Of a DNA stretch of 64,000 nt, positions 61,967 through 64,000 are shown piece after piece. The notes under the pieces were generated by a model that had not been told where the DNA came from, searched no databases, and saw nothing but the letters and a program-made list of their open reading frames with translations. Location of the stretch: contig JAUIDR010000002.1 of assembly GCA_030428565.1 (NCBI GenBank), positions 72,658 to 136,657 of the forward strand. The letters run 5' to 3'. The stretch is from Alphaproteobacteria bacterium. GTDB lineage: Bacteria; Pseudomonadota; Alphaproteobacteria; UBA7985; JAUIBT01. Both the position numbers and the translations under genes were made by a program. Position 1 is the stretch's first letter. Each line of letters opens with the position of its first letter.

Positions 61967-63112
61967 CTAAAGCGCAGCGTCGAACAGTTGGGTCAGGTTT
62001 TCAGCGTTCAAGGGCACTGGATTGCCGCCGCACGATGGATCAATCACCGCGCCTTCCACCAGCGCGGGGATGGCATCCGCGGTAACGCCCAGCTCTTTTA
62101 GACCGTGGGGTATGGCCAACTGGTCGTTTAGCGCCTGCACGAAGTCCTGGAAGCCGGCAAAACCGCCGCTGATGCCAAGATAGGCCGACGCAGCTTCAAA
62201 GCGCTCGGCAATGGCAGGCGCATTGAAACGCAGCACGGCAGGCATGCAGACCGCGTTCGTGGTACCGTGGTGGGTGTTGAAGTGCGCGCCGACCGGATGA
62301 CTCATGGCGTGGATCGCGCCGAGGCCCTTCTGGAAGGCAGTCGCGCCCATACCCGCAGCGACCAGCATGTTGGCCCTGGCTTCAATATCGGTTCCATCGG
62401 CATAGGCGCGCGGCAGATAGTCCTTAACCAAGCGCATGCCTTCCAGCGCGATGCCCTGTGACATGGGGTGAAAGTGCGGGCTGGAGTAAGCTTCGACACA
62501 GTGCGCAAAAGCGTCTAGGCCGGTGCCCGCCGTAATGAATTTCGGCATGCCAACTGTCAGCTCTGGATCACAAATGACCACCGCTGGTAAAACCTTGGGG
62601 TGGAAGATGATCTTTTTAACGTGGGTCTGGCTATTGGTGATGACGCTGGCGCGGCCCACTTCCGAGCCCGTGCCCGCCGTGGTCGGCACCGCCACGATGG
62701 GCGCGATGGCCTCGGCATCTGCGCGAGTCCACCAATCGCCGATATCCTCAAAGTCCCAGACCGGACGCGTCTGGCCCGCCATGAAGGCCACCATCTTGCC
62801 TAGGTCCAGGCCAGAGCCCCCACCAAAGGCAACCACGCCGTCATGGTCGCCTTGCTTGAAGGCCTCAACGCCTGCCGCCAAGTTGACCTCGTTGGGGTTG
62901 GCATCGACCTCGCTGAACAGCGCACGACCAAGGCCCGCAGCCTCCATAATGTCCAAGGCGGCCTGGGTGATGGGCAGGCTCGCCAAGCCGCGATCTGTGA
63001 CCAACAGCGGGCGCTTCATGCCCGCCTGAGCACAAGCCTCGCCCAGCTCCTTGATTCGCCCTGCGCCAAACTTGATGGCCGTAGGATAAGACCAGTTTCC
63101 AACCAGGCTCAT
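61967..63112 (-). CDS. Iron-containing alcohol dehydrogenase
   Basis: GGGS.LD, PTTAGTGSE, DAFAHCVE, H..SH, HHG. Confidence 0.93.
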   Translation of the reverse strand: MSLVGNWSYPTAIKFGAGRIKELGEACAQAGMKRPLLVTDRGLASLPITQAALDIMEAAGLGRALFSEVDANPNEVNLAAGVEAFKQGDHDGVVAFGGGSGLDLGKMVAFMAGQTRPVWDFEDIGDWWTRADAEAIAPIVAVPTTAGTGSEVGRASVITNSQTHVKKIIFHPKVLPAVVICDPELTVGMPKFITAGTGLDAFAHCVEAYSSPHFHPMSQGIALEGMRLVKDYLPRAYADGTDIEARANMLVAAGMGATAFQKGLGAIHAMSHPVGAHFNTHHGTTNAVCMPAVLRFNAPAIAERFEAASAYLGISGGFAGFQDFVQALNDQLAIPHGLKELGVTADAIPALVEGAVIDPSCGGNPVPLNAENLTQLFDAAL

Positions 63113-63160
63113 GCAAACATTTCCTTTTAGATCAAATGCGTAAATCGATTTAGCCAGGCT

Positions 63161-64000
63161 CTAGCCGGTCACTTTCTTCAAGTGATAGGACTTGGGCCGG
63201 GTCAAGTTGTGATAGCCAATGACGGACAGGCCGCCGCCGCGTCCGGTGTCTTTGCAGCCCGTCCAGCATAGGCCGGGGTCCAGATAGTCAGCGCGGTTCA
63301 TAAAGACCGTTCCCGTCTCAATGGCGGCCCCGAGGCGTTCGGCGCGCGCCACATCGCGGGTCCATAGCGAAGCGGTCAGGCCATAATCGCTGTCGTTCAT
63401 TAGCGCGACGGCTTCTTCATCGCTCTCGACCTTCATAATGCCCACGACCGGACCAAAGCTCTCCTCACGCATGACGCGCATATCGTGGGTGACATTGGTG
63501 AGGATTTGCGGCGTCAGGTAGGTGCCCCCATCGTCACTAGTAAAGGTGGCGATGTGGGCAATTGCGCCTGCAGTCACCGCCTCGCTGATCTGAGCGCGTA
63601 CCTCGTCGGCAAAGCGCCTGTTGGCCATGGGGCCGATGCTGGTGGCCGGGTCCAGAGGGTCGCCCAACTGGTAGCCCTCAACGATGGCCACGGCCTTTTC
63701 CAAGAAGGCATCATAGAGCGGGGCTTGCACATATATGCGCTCAATTCCGCAGCAGCACTGGCCCGAATTGAACATGGCCCCATCAATCAAGGTCTCGGCC
63801 GCTGCATCCAGGTCGGCATCATCCATGACATAGCCCGGATCTTTGCCGCCGAGTTCGGTGCTCACCGGGGTGAAGGTACCCGCAGCCGCGCGCTCCATAG
63901 CCGCGCCGCCCGCCACAGAGCCCGTGAAATTGACGAAGTTAAAGGCACGTCCGGCGATGAGCTGGCTGGTCACATCGTGGCTCAAGAAGAGGTTCTGGAA
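63161..64000 (-). CDS. Aldehyde dehydrogenase (5' end beyond the window)
   Basis: FTGS, ELGGKD, NSGQCCC, EESFGP. Confidence 0.93.
   Translation of the reverse strand, partial: FQNLFLSHDVTSQLIAGRAFNFVNFTGSVAGGAAMERAAAGTFTPVSTELGGKDPGYVMDDADLDAAAETLIDGAMFNSGQCCCGIERIYVQAPLYDAFLEKAVAIVEGYQLGDPLDPATSIGPMANRRFADEVRAQISEAVTAGAIAHIATFTSDDGGTYLTPQILTNVTHDMRVMREESFGPVVGIMKVESDEEAVALMNDSDYGLTASLWTRDVARAERLGAAIETGTVFMNRADYLDPGLCWTGCKDTGRGGGLSVIGYHNLTRPKSYHLKKVTG

Overview
GC-rich chromosomal window from an Alphaproteobacterium (inferred from the DUF1476/zeta, CarD-fdxA, COQ9-rpsU and ELM1-trxB-Lrp syntenies and a GAAC-N7-GAAC box). It is mostly core and metabolic genes: metZ, the mobB-moeA-moaD-moaE molybdenum-cofactor operon, a BMP-type nucleoside/purine ABC transporter, fghA, class II ribonucleotide reductase nrdJ with tandem NrdR boxes, soxBDAG with a divergent GlxA-type regulator, fdxA, carD, rpsU, rpmF, trxB, prfB with its programmed frameshift, a P450, ppk2, an internally deleted IS630 and an ALDH/Fe-ADH pair. 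I see no rRNA, tRNA, CRISPR array or prophage. The signals most worth follow-up are: (i) a secreted six-cysteine protein gene split by one CG unit, with a structured leader and its own terminator; (ii) a second secreted (SH3) gene split by one GC unit; (iii) a suhB/alpha-r8 (MmgR-like) small RNA; (iv) a LexA-box promoter driving a hairpin-occluded small transcript; (v) a coupled LigE-like GST / Nu-class GST / nitroreductase / kinase operon; (vi) a pseudo-phosphatase; (vii) a P450 lacking the acid-alcohol pair; (viii) an apparently high density of unrelated short tandem duplications at gene edges. All calls were made by eye; no database searches were run.
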